64,000 nt of DNA, taken from NCBI RefSeq assembly GCF_006345805.1, contig NC_043018.1, forward strand, positions 19,158,001 through 19,222,000. Direction: 5' to 3'. Every line of letters starts with the position of its first letter. The first letter of the stretch is position 1. A program made the translations under genes and the position numbers. Of this stretch, positions 1 through 14,885 are shown piece after piece. The notes beneath the pieces were generated by a model, which was given only the letters and a program-made list of their open reading frames with translations, was not told the DNA's origin and ran no database searches. The DNA comes from Octopus sinensis (lineage: Eukaryota).

Positions 1-715
1 ATATTTAAAGTAATTGAAAGAAACACAGAGCATCTCAACAGAATACGGTAACAAAAGGGTTAATCAATTTATGAAATTGTTGAATTTGTTGAATTTGTAA
101 CAAAAGAGTTAAGATGATGAGCTTTCAAGGCAAGAAATCTGTCGTAAAATACCAGAAATGTGGGGGGAATTGTAAACTTCTCCCTTACAGAACGATCCAT
201 CAGTTCTCTCAAATGGTTGGAATCTGTTACGATTCTGCCTGGAGAACCATATGGAATACCTGAACATGTATTGCATTGGTTTGAAGTTGGTCTCTCTTTG
301 ACAAATGAGACAGTCTTCAAAAGTAGCTGTGTCTTCAGATGTACTTTAAGATTCATGGGAATGTTAATAGTGACACCTTGGGCAAGTGTCTTCTACTATA
401 ACCTTGGGCCGACCAAAGCCTTGTGAGTAGATTTTGTAAACGGAAACTGAAAGAAGCCTGTCGTATATATGTATACATATATATATTTATGCGTGTGTGT
501 CTGTGTTTGTCCCCCTAGCATTGCTTGACAACCGACGCTGGTGTGTTTATGTCCCCGTTACTTAGCGGTTCAGCAAAAGAGACCGATAGAATAAGTACTG
601 GGCTTACAAAAAGAATAAGTCCCGGGGTTGAGTTGCTCGATTAAAGGCGGTGCTCCAGCATGGCCACAGTCAAATGACTGAAATAAGTAAAAGAGTAAAA
701 GAGAGAGTGACACTT

Positions 716-1385
716 AATCTTTTAGAATTATCACAGATGATGACATTTGGGTTTATAGTTAAATCTGAAGACAAAACAGCAATAAAGAACTTGCGGTGAT
801 TAAAAACAAAGAAAGCAAAACAGATCCGCAATGCAATGAAAACCAGGCTCATCATGTTTTTAATGTCAAAGGTATCTTTCACCAATAATTTGTTCCTCCC
901 AACTGTAGTGTGATTACCTGAGGTATTTGGCAGAAGATTCTCAATAAAAAAAATGCCCAAATCTGTGGTGTAATTACAGTTGGTTGTTGCAGCCTGGAAA
1001 CCACTTGCCCTTACCTTTATCTAGATGTAGTTTTTGACTGAAAACAAAATGGTTTTGCCACACACTCCGTATTCGCTTACCCTATCTCTCGGTGACTTCA
1101 CTGGGTTTCCAAAAACAAAACTGAAGATGAAGGGGTGTTGTTCCAACATGGTGGATGACACTGAAAGAGAATTGCTGGGGTACAATGTGGCCTTCAGGAA
1201 ATGGGGTTTCTGCAGTGCCTTTGAGGTGGGGAAGACATGTTGAGATTACTGTTTATGTCCCCAGGGGGACTATTTCAAAGAGGATCCATACCAAGCAGAA
1301 ATTAGATAAGAAATACATTATTTACTAAAACACAGCATTTCTTTTTTAAGATTTGGTCTGGGAACTTTCTGATACCACCTTATAT
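716..1385 (+). mobile_element. Decayed mariner transposase fragment with right TIR
   Basis: KAKQIRNAMKTRLIMF..VKGIFH and PHTPYSLTLSLGDFTGFPKTKLKMKG (YSPDLAPxD motif region); TIR gggaactttctgataccacct + TA. Confidence 0.75.
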
Positions 1386-1938
1386 ATATTGACACATACT
1401 CTAGATGGGTACATATATACCTAGTACACACACAAACACACACACACACACACATGGTGTATAATGACCAAACTGTTTTCAGCATGCAGTTTTGTTGTTG
1501 TTTTTCGCTTTTTGTTGTTGCTTCTGTTTGTGTTGATGCAGTGTTTGTTATGTTCACTTATGTTTTTTTTTTACAGTGTGTCTTGTGTTTGCAGTTGGGT
1601 AGGGTCACCTCACGACTTGATTTATAGATTAATTTGGATTTTTAAGGAAGAATGAAAATGAGTGGCCTTGTCGTAAAATTTGGACGTACACCGTCTCAAA
1701 GAATTTTGCATTTGGCCATCTCATTACTTTCCTTTCTTTGTCTTCTAATTTTATATATATATATATATATTAAAATTAAGGATAAAATCTTTATAAGAAA
1801 TTATCAGTAGTTAGCGTGAAAAACCTCGTAAGAGAAAAAATTTGTAAATTTTTCCACTTTGAAAATATTTATTTATATTATATAGAGGGTACTATTATTC
1901 ATAGGTACCGCACGCTAGGAGGGACCAATGCGGCCATA

Positions 1939-2060
1939 ACTACTAAAATAAACAAAATTTTACTGAAGGCAAAACTTCAAAGCAAGTCATTTAAATTCTG
2001 TTTTTAAATGACTTGCTTTGAAGTTTTGCATTCGGTACAATTTGTTTATTTTAGTAGTTT
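1939..2060. repeat. Near-perfect ~55-bp-arm palindrome (small MITE)
   Basis: actactaaaataaacaaaa...caaaacttcaaagcaagtcatttaaa / tttaaatgacttgctttgaagttttg...tttgtttattttagtagt. Confidence 0.75.
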
Positions 2061-2240
2061 TGACTGCAAGAGTCCCTTATACATACACACATACCCATTA
2101 AGTATTAACTATTGGAAAAAGAGCACTCAATAACTGGATAGAAGTTAAAGATACTTTATTTGGTCGAGCCAGCCTCTTGCTGCTCTGAATTTCACCTGCT
2201 GGCACACAGATTAGAAAGAGGCTGACTCAACCAAAATAAA

Positions 2241-2301
<61 letters not shown>

Positions 2302-4984
2302 GGCACATTTTGGGTCTGAGTAATATATGATAGAAAATGCATCCATTATGTAAATCTTCCTAAGTTAAAGCCTTTCAAAAATATTTTTAAAATGCTTTCA
2401 TTTCGGAGTTTTTTTGTTGCGGATGCTTGTTCCTATTCTATATTATGAAGACCTGAAATGTAGAAATTAAAGGATTTCGAAATATTACTCTTTGGTTTAA
2501 CTTCATTATTACGACTAATATGAATTGATGCCAGTACAAACCAGCTGGTCTTGACTCCACTTATGTGGATACTCTGACAACAATTTGGAGTAATTTATGA
2601 TTGACATGAGTTGAAAATCACTGCTTCTTAGCTTATCATGAAATATCTATTATAAGCACAGACGTGGTTGTAAGAAGCTCACTTGCTAACCATGTGGATT
2701 CAGGTTCAGTCCCACTGCAAAGCATCTTGAGCAAATGTCTTCTACTGTAGCCCTGGGCTGTCCAAAGCTTTGGGAATGGACTTAGTAGATTGACTTCAAA
2801 AAAGAGAAGCCTGTTGTGTGTGTGTGTGTCTTCCACATGCTATTTGAAAGTCCCACTGTTAAAGTGGTGTTCTGTTGGCATTTCTCCTCTTAGTTAATTG
2901 CTGTGTGGAATAAGATTCCTTACTTGAAAAACATAAGGGCTTACTTGTGTTAAGAAACAATGTCTCAATAACATTAGACATTTAACCCATGCTTGCATGG
3001 AGAAATGAAGCAAATGAAATATATATATCTATGTGCGCATGCACGCACGTGCACACATGCGCATTTATGAAGCAACACTTCTCTTTTGATAAATGCCCCA
3101 GCTATTTCACAGTTATTTTAGACTTTACTTCTTCCTCAGCAGATAGATCATTCTACTGTTGTCTAATAAAGTGAACTATCACGTTTTAACTCAGTGTTTA
3201 TAACCAGAATTAATATATATATATATATGTTGTTATAATTTATTATGGTCTGCAGGATGGATATGTGTGCTACTTAAAGTTTCACCACTTGAATAGCATA
3301 ATAAAGCTATATCTGTCACTTAAAGTTGAAGGCAACTTGGTTGCGGGTACTGTGCTTTTGTTGATTATTTTAGGTGCCCATGTAGTTGTGCACAGATGGG
3401 GACGTCCTCTCGGCCCTTCTGTCCTGTACCCAGTGGAACATTCAGGACATAACCCATAAACTAGTAAATCCAGTGAATGAAAATGGAGTAAAATCCTACG
3501 GGATTAAAATAGAACATTTTATCTTCTCATTTTATACACTCTACATCACCATCCACCCCGGCACCTTTTAAACTTCTTGTTCATATTTTAATCAACACTA
3601 GAAATAAATGTGTCTGGGGAGAGTCATTTTCTTTTTGTGCTTTTTGAAAAGGTTGCAAGACGCAACGAAAATATTAGGAAAATAAAAATAAGAAATAAGT
3701 AGAAATTTTACTGGTGAGTGTGTTACATTATAAGGCCCAAAAAGCAAATGATTCACCCCCAGACACAACAGAATATGCTTCAACACACGAAATCCCATAA
3801 AGAATCTTGCAAACCAAATCCAAAAATGAAATAAAAATAAATGGCTTCCAAAAAATATCACTTACTAATGATCCAAGGGAAAGAATCTCAACAGACCAGC
3901 CATAAGTTATTTTCCCTTGTTATCTTCTATAATGACAGGAAGAATTAGTTGTGTTCAATGGTAGTTTGGTAAAATTGAGATTTAGAGTGAATGTATTGTC
4001 TGAATGATTTTTTCCTTTTTATGCATGCTAATCCACATTATCATTATTATGCTCTTCAACCGGTGGAACTTTAAGTAGCAAATACATTTCTCCTGTTAGC
4101 TGTAATAATAATATAACTCTAAATTGTATTGAGGTTATACCTGCTTATTTCACGCAAAGGAAATAGCTGCTCTTTGAAGCATATGCAAAGAGAAGCATCT
4201 TCAAAGAATTGTTAACTACTTACCTTACCCCCTGTAAATTGTTTTCTTTCTTTTTACTGAATTAATATTTTTGTTTCATAAAGGGTTTTTTTTTTGTGTG
4301 TGTGTGTGTGTGTGCATTTTGAACTCTTTGTGAGTCAAGAGTTATGAGCAAGAAAGAATCTGTTTGTGAACAATTAAACTATCTCGTTTGTGCTTTCAAT
4401 AGGACATGGGCCAAGGTACAGGTTCTCTTACCTCACTCGCTCACTCTGTGTGTATGTGTGTTATTTATTCCACACACACACACACATACATACATACACA
4501 CATGCATACATATGTATGTACAGACATATATAAACGATGATGTATATATATATCACAAAAATGAGTTCAAAAGGATATATTATCCTGGTGATATCTATCT
4601 ACCTACCTACCTACCTACCTATCTATCTACCTATCTATCTACCTACCTATCTATCTACCTATCTATCTATCTACCTATCTATCTATGTGTCTGTCTGTCT
4701 ATCTATCTATCTATCTATCTATCCATCCACCTATGTATCTATCTATTTATGAGAGAGAGGGAGAGAGAGAGAGGTAGGAGAATCTCTGCTTTGGCTCACA
4801 TGATATTGAAACTAACAAGTGCAGTGAAAATTTCATTACATATATATATATATTTTCACATATTATTATTATTATTATTAATGTCATTCCCCTTGTTGAC
4901 TTGGTTTGTCACGTTCTGACTTTAGTGAGATAGTAATATATCTAAGACTACATTTTTCAATGTGCCCTTTAAAAAAAAAAACTA

Positions 4985-7900
4985 AAACCCCCAAAAAATG
5001 ACCGATATGAGGGGAAACACTTGTCCACCATCCTCATCCTCTTCATTTTAGCGCATACTACACTAAAAAAAAAACCAAAAAAAAAATGACCGTTATAAGG
5101 GGAAACAGTTGTCCACCATCGTCATCCTCATCCTCTTCATTTTAGCACATACAACACTAAAAAAAAAACCCCCCAAAAAAATGACCGTTATAAGGGGAAA
5201 CAGTTGTCTACCATCGTTATCCTCATCATTTTAGCACATACAACACTAAAAAAAAAAACCAAAAAAAAAAATGACCGTTATAAGGGGAAGCAGTTGTCCA
5301 CCATCATCCTCGTCATCCTCATCATTTTAGCACATACAACACTAAAAAAAAAAGCCAAAAAAAAAAATGACCGTTATAAGGGGAAACAGTTGTCCACCAT
5401 CGTCATCCTCTTCATTTTAGCACATACAACACTAAAAAAAAACCAAAAAAAAAATGACCGTTATAAGAGGAAGCAGTTGTCCACCATCATCCTCGTCATC
5501 CTCATCATTTTAGCACATACAACACTAAAAAAAAAAACCCCCCAAAAAAATGACCGTTATAAGGGGAAACAGTTGTCCACCATCCTCATCCTCATCCTCT
5601 TAGCACATACAACACTAAAAAAACCCCCAAAAAATGACCGTTATAAGGGGAAATAGTTGTCTACCATCGTCATCCTCATCCTCTTAGCACCATACAACAC
5701 TAAAAAAAAAAACCCCCAAAAAAATGACCGTTATAAGGGGAAATAGTTGTCTACCATCGTCATCCTCATCCTCTTAGCACATACAACACTAAAAAAAAAA
5801 CCCAAAAAAAAATGACCGTTATAAGGGGAAATAGTTTCCACCATCCTCATCCTCATCATTTTAGCACATACAACACTAAAAAAAAAAAAACCAAAAAAAA
5901 AATGACCGTTATAAGGGGAAGCAGTTGTCCACCATCATCCTCGTCATCCTCATCATTTTAGCACATACAACACTAACCCCCCCCCCCCCCCCAAAAAAAT
6001 GACCATTATAAGGGGAAACAGTTGTCTACCATTGTCATCCTCACCATCATTTTAGCACATACAACACTAAAAAAAAACCAAAAAAAAATGACCGTTATAA
6101 GGGGAAACAGTTGTCCACCATCATCCTCGTCATCCTCATCATTTTAAGCACATACAACACTAAAAAAACCCCCCAAAAAAATGACCGTTATAAGGGGAAC
6201 AGTTGTCCACCATCCTCATCCTCATCATTTTAGCACATACAACACTAAAAAAAACCCCCCCAAAAAAATGACCGTTATAAGGGGAAACAGTTGTCCACCA
6301 TCCTCATCCTCATCATTTTAGCACATACAACACTAAAAAAAAAACCCCCCAAAAAAATGACCGTTATAAGGGGAAACAGTTGTCCACCATCGTCATCCTC
6401 TTCATTTTAGCACATACAACACTAAAAAAAAACCAAAAAAAAAATGACCGTTATAAGGGGAAGCAGTTGTCCACCATCATCCTCGTCATCCTCATCATTT
6501 TAGCACATACAACACTAAAAAAAAAACCCCCCAAAAAAATGACCGTTATAAGGGGAAACAGTTGTCCACCATCCTCATCCTCATCCTCTTAGCACATACA
6601 ACACTAAAAAAAAAACCCCAAAAAAAATGACCGTTATAAGGGGAAATAGTTGTCTACCATCGTCATCCTCATCCTCTTAGCACATACAACACTAAAAAAA
6701 AAACCCCCAAAAAAATGACCGTTATAAGGGGAAATAGTTGTCCACCATCCTCATCCTCATCATTTTAGCACATACAACACTAAAAAAAAAACCAAAAAAA
6801 AAAATGACCGTTATAAGGGGAAGCAGTTGTCCACCATCATCCTCGTCATCCTCATCATTTTAGCACATACAACACTAAACCCCCCACCCCCAAAAAAAAT
6901 GACCATTATAAGGGGAAACAGTTGTCTACCATTGTCATCCTCATCATTTTAGCACATACAACACTAAAAAAAAAACCAAAAAAAAATGACCGTTATAAGG
7001 GGAAACAGTTGTCCACCATCATCCTCGTCATCCTCATCATTTTAGCACATACAACACTAAAAAAAAAACCACCCAAAAAAATGACCGTTATAAGGGGAAA
7101 CAGTTGTCCACCATCCTCATCCTCATCATTTTAGCACATACAACACTAAAAAAAAACCCCCCAAAAAAATGACCGTTATAAGGGGAAACAGTTGTCCACC
7201 ATCCTCATCCTCATCATTTTAGCACATACAACACTAAAAAAAAACCCCCAAAAAATGACCGTTATAAGGGGAAACAGTTGTCCACCATCGTCATCCTCAT
7301 CATTTTTGCACATACAACACTAAAAAAAAAACCCCCCAAAAAAATGACCGTATAAGGGGAAACAGTTGTCCACCATCCTCATCCTCATCATTTTAGCACA
7401 CACCACTAAAAAAAAAACCCCAAAAAAATGACCGTTATAAGGGGAAACAGTTGTCCACCATCGTCATCCTCATCATTTTAGCACATACAACACTAAAAAA
7501 AAACCCAAAAAAAATGACCGTTATAAGGGGAAATAGTTGTCCACCATCATCCTCGTCATCCTCATCATTTTAGCACTACAAACCTAAACCCCCCCCCCCC
7601 CCAAAAAAATGACTATTATAAGGGGAAGCAGTTGTCCACCATCATCCTCGTCATCCTCATCATTTTAGCACATACAACACTAAACCCCCCCCCCCAAAAA
7701 AAAATGACCATTATAAGGGGAAACAGTTGTCCACCATCATCCTCGTCATCCTCATCATTTTAGCACATACAACACTAAACCCCCCCCCCCAAAAAAAAAA
7801 TGACCATTATAAGGGGAAACAGTTGTCCACCATCATCCTCGTCCTCCTCATCATTTTAGCACATACAACCCTAAACCAAACCCCCCCCCCCCCCAAAAAA

Positions 7901-9600
7901 AAATGACTATTATAAGGGGAAGCAGTTGTCCACCATCATCCTCGTCATCCTCATCATTTTAGCACATACAACACTAAAAAAAAAACCAAAAAAAAAAATG
8001 ACCGTTATAAGGGGAAGCAGTTGTCCACCATCATCCTCGTCATCCTCATCATTTTAGCACATACAACACTAAAAAAAAACCAAAAAAAAAATGACCGTTA
8101 TAAGGGGAAACAGTTGTCCACCATCGTCATCCTCATCATTTTAGCACATACAACACTAAAAAAAAACCCCCCCCCCAAAAATGACCGTTATAAGGGGAAA
8201 CAGTTGTCCACCATCCTCATCCTCATCATTTTAGCACATACAACACTAAAAAAAAAACCAAAAAAAAAATGACCGTTATAAGGGGAAACAGTTGTCCACC
8301 ATCGTCATCCTCATCATTTTAGCACATACAACACTAAAAAAAAAACCCCCCAAAAAAATGACCGTTATAAGGGGAAACAGTTGTCCACCATCCTCATCCT
8401 CATCATTTTAGCACATACAACACTAAAAAAAAACCCCAAAAAAATGACCGTTATAAGGGGAAACAGTTGTCCACCATCGTCATCCTCATCATTTTAGCAC
8501 ATACAACACTAAAAAAAAACCCAAAAAAAATGACCGTTATAAGGGGAAACAGTTGTCAACCATCGTCATCCTCATCATTTTAGCACATACAACACTAAAA
8601 AAAAAACCCCCAAAAAAATGACCGTTATAAGGGGAAACAGTTGTCTACCATCGTCATCCTCATCATTTTAGCACATACAACACTAACCCCCCCCCAAAAA
8701 AAAATGACCGTTATAAGGGGAAACAGTTGTCCACCATCGTCATCCTCATCATTTTAGCACATACAACACTAAAAAAAAACCCCCAAAAAAATGACCGTTA
8801 TAAGGGGAAACAGTTGTCCACCATCGTCATCTTCATCATTTTAGCACATACAACACTAAAAAAAAAACCCCCCCAAAAAATGACCGTTATAAGGGGAAAC
8901 AGTTGTCCACCATCGTCATCCTCATCATTTTAGCACATACAACACTACCCCCCCCCAAAAAAAAATGACCGTTATAAGGGGAAACAGTTGTCCACCATCG
9001 TCATCCTCATCATTTTAGCACATACAACACTAAAAAAAAAACCAAATAAAAATGACCATTATAAGGGGAAACAGTTGTCCACCATCGTCATCCTCATCAT
9101 TTTAGCACATACAACACTAAACCCCCCCCCAAAAAAAAATGACCGTTTATAAGGGGAAACAGTTGTCCACCATCGTCATCCTCATCATTTTAGCACATAC
9201 AACACTAAAAAAAAAACCAAAAAAAAAATGACCATTATAAGGGGAAACAGTTGTCCACCATCGTCATCCTCATCATTTTAGCACATACACACACTAACCC
9301 CACCCCCCCCCCCCCCCAAAAAAATGACCGTTATAAGGGAAACAGTTGTCCACCATTGTCATCCTCATCATTTTAGCACATACAACACTAAAAAAAAAAC
9401 CCAAAAAAAAAATGACCATTATAAGGGGAAACAGTTGTCCACCATCGTCATCCTCATCATTTTAGCACATACAACACTAACCCCCCCCCCCCCCCCAAAA
9501 AAATGACCGTTTATAAGGGGAAACAGTTGTCCACCATCGTCATCCTCATCCTTTTAGCGCATACAACACCAAAAAAACCCCCCAAAAAAACCCCCAAAAA
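4985..9600. repeat. Tandem minisatellite, ~65-72-bp unit, roughly 65 copies
   Basis: Unit aaaatgaccgttataaggggaaacagttgtccaccatcgtcatcctcatcattttagcacatacaacactaa + variable A/C homopolymers. Confidence 0.97.
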
Positions 9601-9655
9601 ACGAAAAAAAACTGAGACCGCATTGTTTGTTTCACTGTTTGCCTTATACTTGCAG

Positions 9656-9773
9656 TGGTTTGTTGAGTGGTATAACAGCAGTCAATTCACAAATAGCCGT
9701 CGGACTCATCATGATATTTATTGGAATATTTTTTATTTTCATTTCTGTATTTACATTTGTACTACTTGTCAAG
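9656..9773 (+). CDS. SCAMP: SCAMP (secretory carrier membrane protein) penultimate coding exon, last TM hairpin
   Basis: tgcag|T GGT...GTC AAG|gtacag. Translates GLLSGITAVNSQIAVGLIMIFIGIFFIFISVFTFVLLVK, aligning by eye to SCAMP1 [39 protein letters not shown]. Ends in phase 0 and joins in frame to the exon at 21563. Confidence 0.9.
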
Positions 9774-10239
9774 GTACAGTTTGTTTTTTTTTTGTGTGTT
9801 GCACCTACACCCGTTTCCCTGCAGGGTTCTCTCTCCCGCTGCCCGACCCCTCCTCGTTTCGTTGCTTCTGATTTATTTTGTTTGTCGTTCTTTAACATTT
9901 AATACAGTTTATGAATAACCTTGTAATAACCGCTTCCTGCTACCCATAACCAAATTTACACCACCCCTATCAACCTTCAACCCTCGTGACCCCCATCCTT
10001 CCATCCTTAAAATTATTATCTACTGTATGTCTTGCAGTCTTAAGCATTGTTTCTTCTTGGTTTTTTTTTTTTTTTTTATTATTATTGTTCAGTAATAAAA
10101 ATAATAATAATAATAATCCATTTTTTTCCTGCTTTGCTGAACAGGGGCTGTAAATATTTCGTAACTCTGTGCGGGTTTGTTTTATTATTCGGTCCTTCAT
10201 ACACAACTTGCTCTCGATGAAATATTTCTAACCTTAATA

Positions 10240-10380
10240 TTAGGTTGTCCCAAAAGTTCGTAAACACTTGCGAAAATTGAATTTTTACTCGCCGAGTACT
10301 AACAAAAACAACAAAAATTATTCCTCAAAATAAAGACCATTATTTTCCAAGACTTTCTACGAACTTTTGGGACAACCTTA
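10240..10380. mobile_element. Mariner-type MITE (second copy 34173-34302)
   Basis: TA|TTAGGTTGTCCCAAAAGTTCGTA...TACGAACTTTTGGGACAACCTTA|TA. Confidence 0.85.
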
Positions 10381-10437
10381 TAATTGTCACAGTGAATTAT
10401 TGAAGCAATAAATATAATGCCGCTGTGTCTTTTTTAA

Positions 10438-10660
10438 CCCTTTAGTGTTTAAAACCGGCCAAATCCGGCCCAATATTATTCTATATGTTTTATATTCAAA
10501 CTGGCGATATCTAGCCTCTCACTCCTAACCTACAATGCCATTTTGAAAGTAAATAATCACATCATTGAAACCTCAAAGCTATAAGATAATGCACGATTAA
10601 TTCAAGACAATTTGAGTGAAAAAGTACTACATTTAACAGAGTATTCTGAACACTAAAGGG
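10438..10660. mobile_element. piggyBac-type MITE, second family (also ~16257-16477 and remnant ~36590-36760)
   Basis: TTAA|CCCTTTAG...CTAAAGGG|TAAA; shared internal sequence between copies. Confidence 0.75.
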
Positions 10661-11948
10661 TAAAGCAGTAAAACCGCTGCCCTCCATTGTCTTTCACTTT
10701 CCAATTGTGCCATCGAATGGATAGGTTCGAGTTCTACGTTGACTACAAATTATTTGTTTCTGGTCAGCATAACAAATGTTGGAATTGACCTGCCCTTCTC
10801 TCCGCCCTGTTTCCATGATCCCGTTTCAAAATATTGATAAATTGAAAGAAAAAAAAATTTTTTTTTTTTTTTTAAATTCAAATCCTCTCACCCTTTTTTT
10901 TTTTTTTTTTTTTTTTAACTTACCTTGTTTAAAAACCAATCGACCAGTCTTCTCTGCTAAGAAATACCTGTGTTGATGGTTGGGGTGTTTTCTTAGTGGC
11001 AAAGGGGTCGATAGTGCAGAGCAAGTTGTGTTTATGGGGTTTCTTTACGATGACTGCAATACAAAAGTAGCTGAAGATGGAACGCAAAACCTTTACTACT
11101 ACTACTACTACTTCTACTACTACTACTACTACTACTTGGAGTCCTGTTTGTGGCATGCTTTTGTTTATGTGCTTTTTTTATTATTATTATTAAAAAGAAA
11201 CACTTCTCATTCACCTCTAATTAATCGAATTTTCTTTATTATTTTACTAATTATATATTTTTTCTCTCCCTCGTTAGTAACTTTTCCACATTTTCGTCAT
11301 AAACACTTTTGAAATTTTTCATTTTTATTTTTTGCCTTTCTTTTTCTTTCTTTATTTCACTTTCTTCTAACAAATTATTTTTCTTTTATTTTTTATGTCT
11401 CAGCAACAAAGGAATGAAATATTCGAATCTTCGTTGTCTCCTATTATTATTATTATCATTATTATTATTATTATTACTATTATTATTACTATTATTACTA
11501 TTATTATTATTATTTATTTTATTTATTTTAGTAAATTTGAAAAGAAAAAAAATATAACAACAAATAAAAACAAAACTGCTACATTTGTGGATTTCTTTTT
11601 CTAGCGGCTGGTTCATTTCCCTGTCGGTTTTTGGTAGTCATCCTGGCTTGGGGGTGTTTCTAACCCTTGTCTCCTTATGTCTCACTGTTTACACAGCAGC
11701 AAACATCTTAATGCTTATTAAGGTATGAAGTAGTTTCTAACGAGTTCTCTTGTCTTAACTCCTCCAACTCACTTCAGCTCTCTGCAAAGTCAAAACATCA
11801 GGTGCCACTTCACACGCATGCACACACACACGCACACACACACATGCATACACACACATGCACACACACATGCACACACACACACATATACACGCACACA
11901 CACACGCAAAAGATGGTTTCGTTGTTAATGCTTAACACCCTTGTTGTC

Positions 11949-11987
<39 letters not shown>

Positions 11988-14885
11988 TTTGTTGTGGTGG
12001 TGAGCTGGCAGAATCGTTAGCACATCGGGCAAAATATTCAGTAGCATTCCTTCTGGCTCTTTATGTTCTGAGTTCAAATCCTACTGGGGTCAACCTTGCC
12101 TTTTTGTCCTTTTGGGGTTGATGTAATCAACTGTCCTCCTCCCCGCACAATTTGCAGGCCTTGTGCCTCTAATAAAAAGTATTATTATTATTATTAGCTG
12201 GTAGAATAGTTAGCACTTTTGACAAAATGCTTAGCGGTATTTCACCCGTTACTATGCTCTGAGTTCAAATTCTGCCACTGGGGTTAATGTAATCAACTAC
12301 CCTGTCCCCAATAGTTTCAGGCCTTGTGCCTATAGTAAAAAGGGTTATATTATTATTGTTATTATTGTGAAAATGGTGAGCTAGCAGAATTGTTTGCACA
12401 TTGGACAAAACGCTTAGCAGTATTTTCTTCTGATTTTTTTTTATGTTCTGAGTTCAAATCCTATCAACATCAACTTAGCCTTTGGTTTTTTTTTGGTTTT
12501 TTTTTGTGGTTGATGAAATGAATATCAGTTGAACAGTGGGTAGTGTGTGTGGTGGGGGTTGTTGACTTGCTCTCTCTCCTCAAAATTGCTGGCCTTGTTC
12601 CAATAACTAGAAAGGATTACTACTACTACTAAATAATAATAATAATAATAATAAATGTTTCAAATTTTGGCACAGGGAAGGGGGTAAGGGATTACATTGA
12701 TCCCAGTGTTTCACTGGTACTTATTCTATTGACCCCCCCCCCCCCCCCGAAAGGATGAAAGGTAAAGTCGACCTTGACAGAAGTTGAACTCAGAAGGGAA
12801 AGCTGGAAGATATGATGCAAAACATTCAATAGTTCTGTCAGCTTGTCAAAGATTTAATGGCAATTTCTAATCTGAGCAGAAAGTACTTTGTTTTATTAAC
12901 CTTAAGAGGATGAAATCTAAAGATAGACCCTGTAGGATTTGAACCCTGAATGTAAAGAGCTGGAACTGGTACTGTAAGACAGTTGCGATGGTTGTGCTGT
13001 TTCATCGTAATAATAATTATTTTTATAATGATAAATGTTCATAATAATAATAATAATAATAATAATGATTTCAAAAATGAAAAAAAAAAATTTTGATATG
13101 ATGAAGACCATTAAAGTGTATATTATATTAATTTTTTACACCTGTAATAATTGAGTTGGTTAAAGAAGTTTCTTCACACACCTGCCACTTTGGTACCGTT
13201 ATGATGGATTGAACTTGCAAACTTGATTGATGATCCACAGCGTTTAGCATCTTTATTCACTAAGCTGTAGTAACTCTGAATGACAAACGTTTATTAGTGA
13301 AGACGTCTTGTAGAAATCACCATAGTGATTTAGATTTTGTGTGAAACACTGCTGCTCCTGCTACTACTGCTGCTGCTGAAAGCAAGCATTTGTCTGTCGT
13401 CTCCTTCGTGGCTCTGTCCCATATTGGAATCAGTCTTTGATTTTCAACAGTGAAATCTTGAACGAGGTTCTTTTTCTTTTTTGTTTTTCTATTTCTTTCC
13501 CCCCTCTCCCCTGCCATTCTGTGATGGCCTGAATTGAATTACAGATTCCTTCAATCGGCTAAATATCTTCGTTGCTAATCATTAGATTTATTACAGTTTT
13601 AAAAACCCATTAAATCAGCGAAACACAGGCAAGGATAATTGCAAATACATGATGAATGTTTATGATTGGTTAAAAAAACCCAGGAAAAACAGCAAAATTT
13701 ATAAATATTTTTTGTTTTGTTGTAGGCTTTGTTAAATAACTTTCTAGAGTTTGTTTGTTTTTAACTCTAAGAATGTCTCTCACAACACCTGTATTAAAAC
13801 AACACCTGTACTTGAACCATCAGGAGGAGCATCCAGCCATAAAAACTATATTGAAACTAAGATATTGAAGCACAATATGCTTGTCTGACTTATCAGATCT
13901 TGTCATTACCATCCAACCATGCCATCTACTTGTTACAACAATAGTAATGCTGTTTTTAACTCTCTGTGTGTGTTGTATACAAGCAACTGGATTTTGCGAG
14001 TAGTTAGAAATGATCACAGTATCTCTGGTTGCCCAATCTTAGCGCCAGATTAAGACTGAGACTGAAGATTGTGTTAGAATAATAAAATACCACCAGAAAA
14101 AGTGATGCCATGAATATATACACTGGAAATGATCTGAGGAAAAGAGTAAATGGTAATTTTTTTTTGGAAGCACTCCGTCGGTTACGACGACGAGGGTTCC
14201 GGTTGATCCGAATCAACGGAACAGCCTGCTCGTGAAATTAATGTGTAAGTGGCTGAGCACTCCACAGACACGTGTACCCTTAACGTAGTTCTCAGGGATA
14301 TTCAGCGTGACACAGAGAGTGACAAGGCCGGCCCTTTGAAATACAGGTACAACAGAAACAGGAAGTAAGAGTGAGAGAAAGTTGTGGTGAAAGAGTACAG
14401 CAGGGATCACCACCATCCCTGCCGGAGCCTCGTGGAGCTTTAGGTGTTTTCGCTCAATAAACACTCACAACGCCCGGTCTGGGAATCGAAACCGCGATCC
14501 TATGACCGCGAGTCCGCTGCCCTAACCACTGGGCCATTGCGCCTCCACAGTAAATGGTCATACTGTGTGACATACATGGTAATACATCCAGACAGGTGAT
14601 GAAGGCTAATTGACTAGATATTGTCATTAAGGACAACCAGGAAAGGGAAGTGCTTACTAAGAAAAACTGTGGGTAAAATGTATTCCTGTAGGTAGGTGCA
14701 TGAAGAACTATTCCTAAAGATTTGAACAGATGGATAGGAGAAGTAGGCGGCATAAGACCTAGTTTAGTGCAGCTCCATAAAACTGTTATTAGGGGACATC
14801 TGGGATACTTGGGAAGGTTCTTGGCATCTAGGGTTACTTGTTTGGAATTTTTTCCAACAGTCTAATCTGTTGTACATTAATGGAA

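Noticed and set aside
670-960. Minus-strand hydrophobic ORF as a SCAMP transmembrane exon
   Set aside because: Wrong strand for SCAMP; it is the antisense of a mariner transposase remnant.
5204-9506. ORFs with repeated KKNDRYKGKQLSTIVILIILAHTT peptide
   Set aside because: Translation of the minisatellite; the frame is repeatedly broken by homopolymer length changes.
4985-9600. CRISPR-like array
   Set aside because: No unique spacers, only A/C homopolymers; eukaryotic intron; no cas genes.
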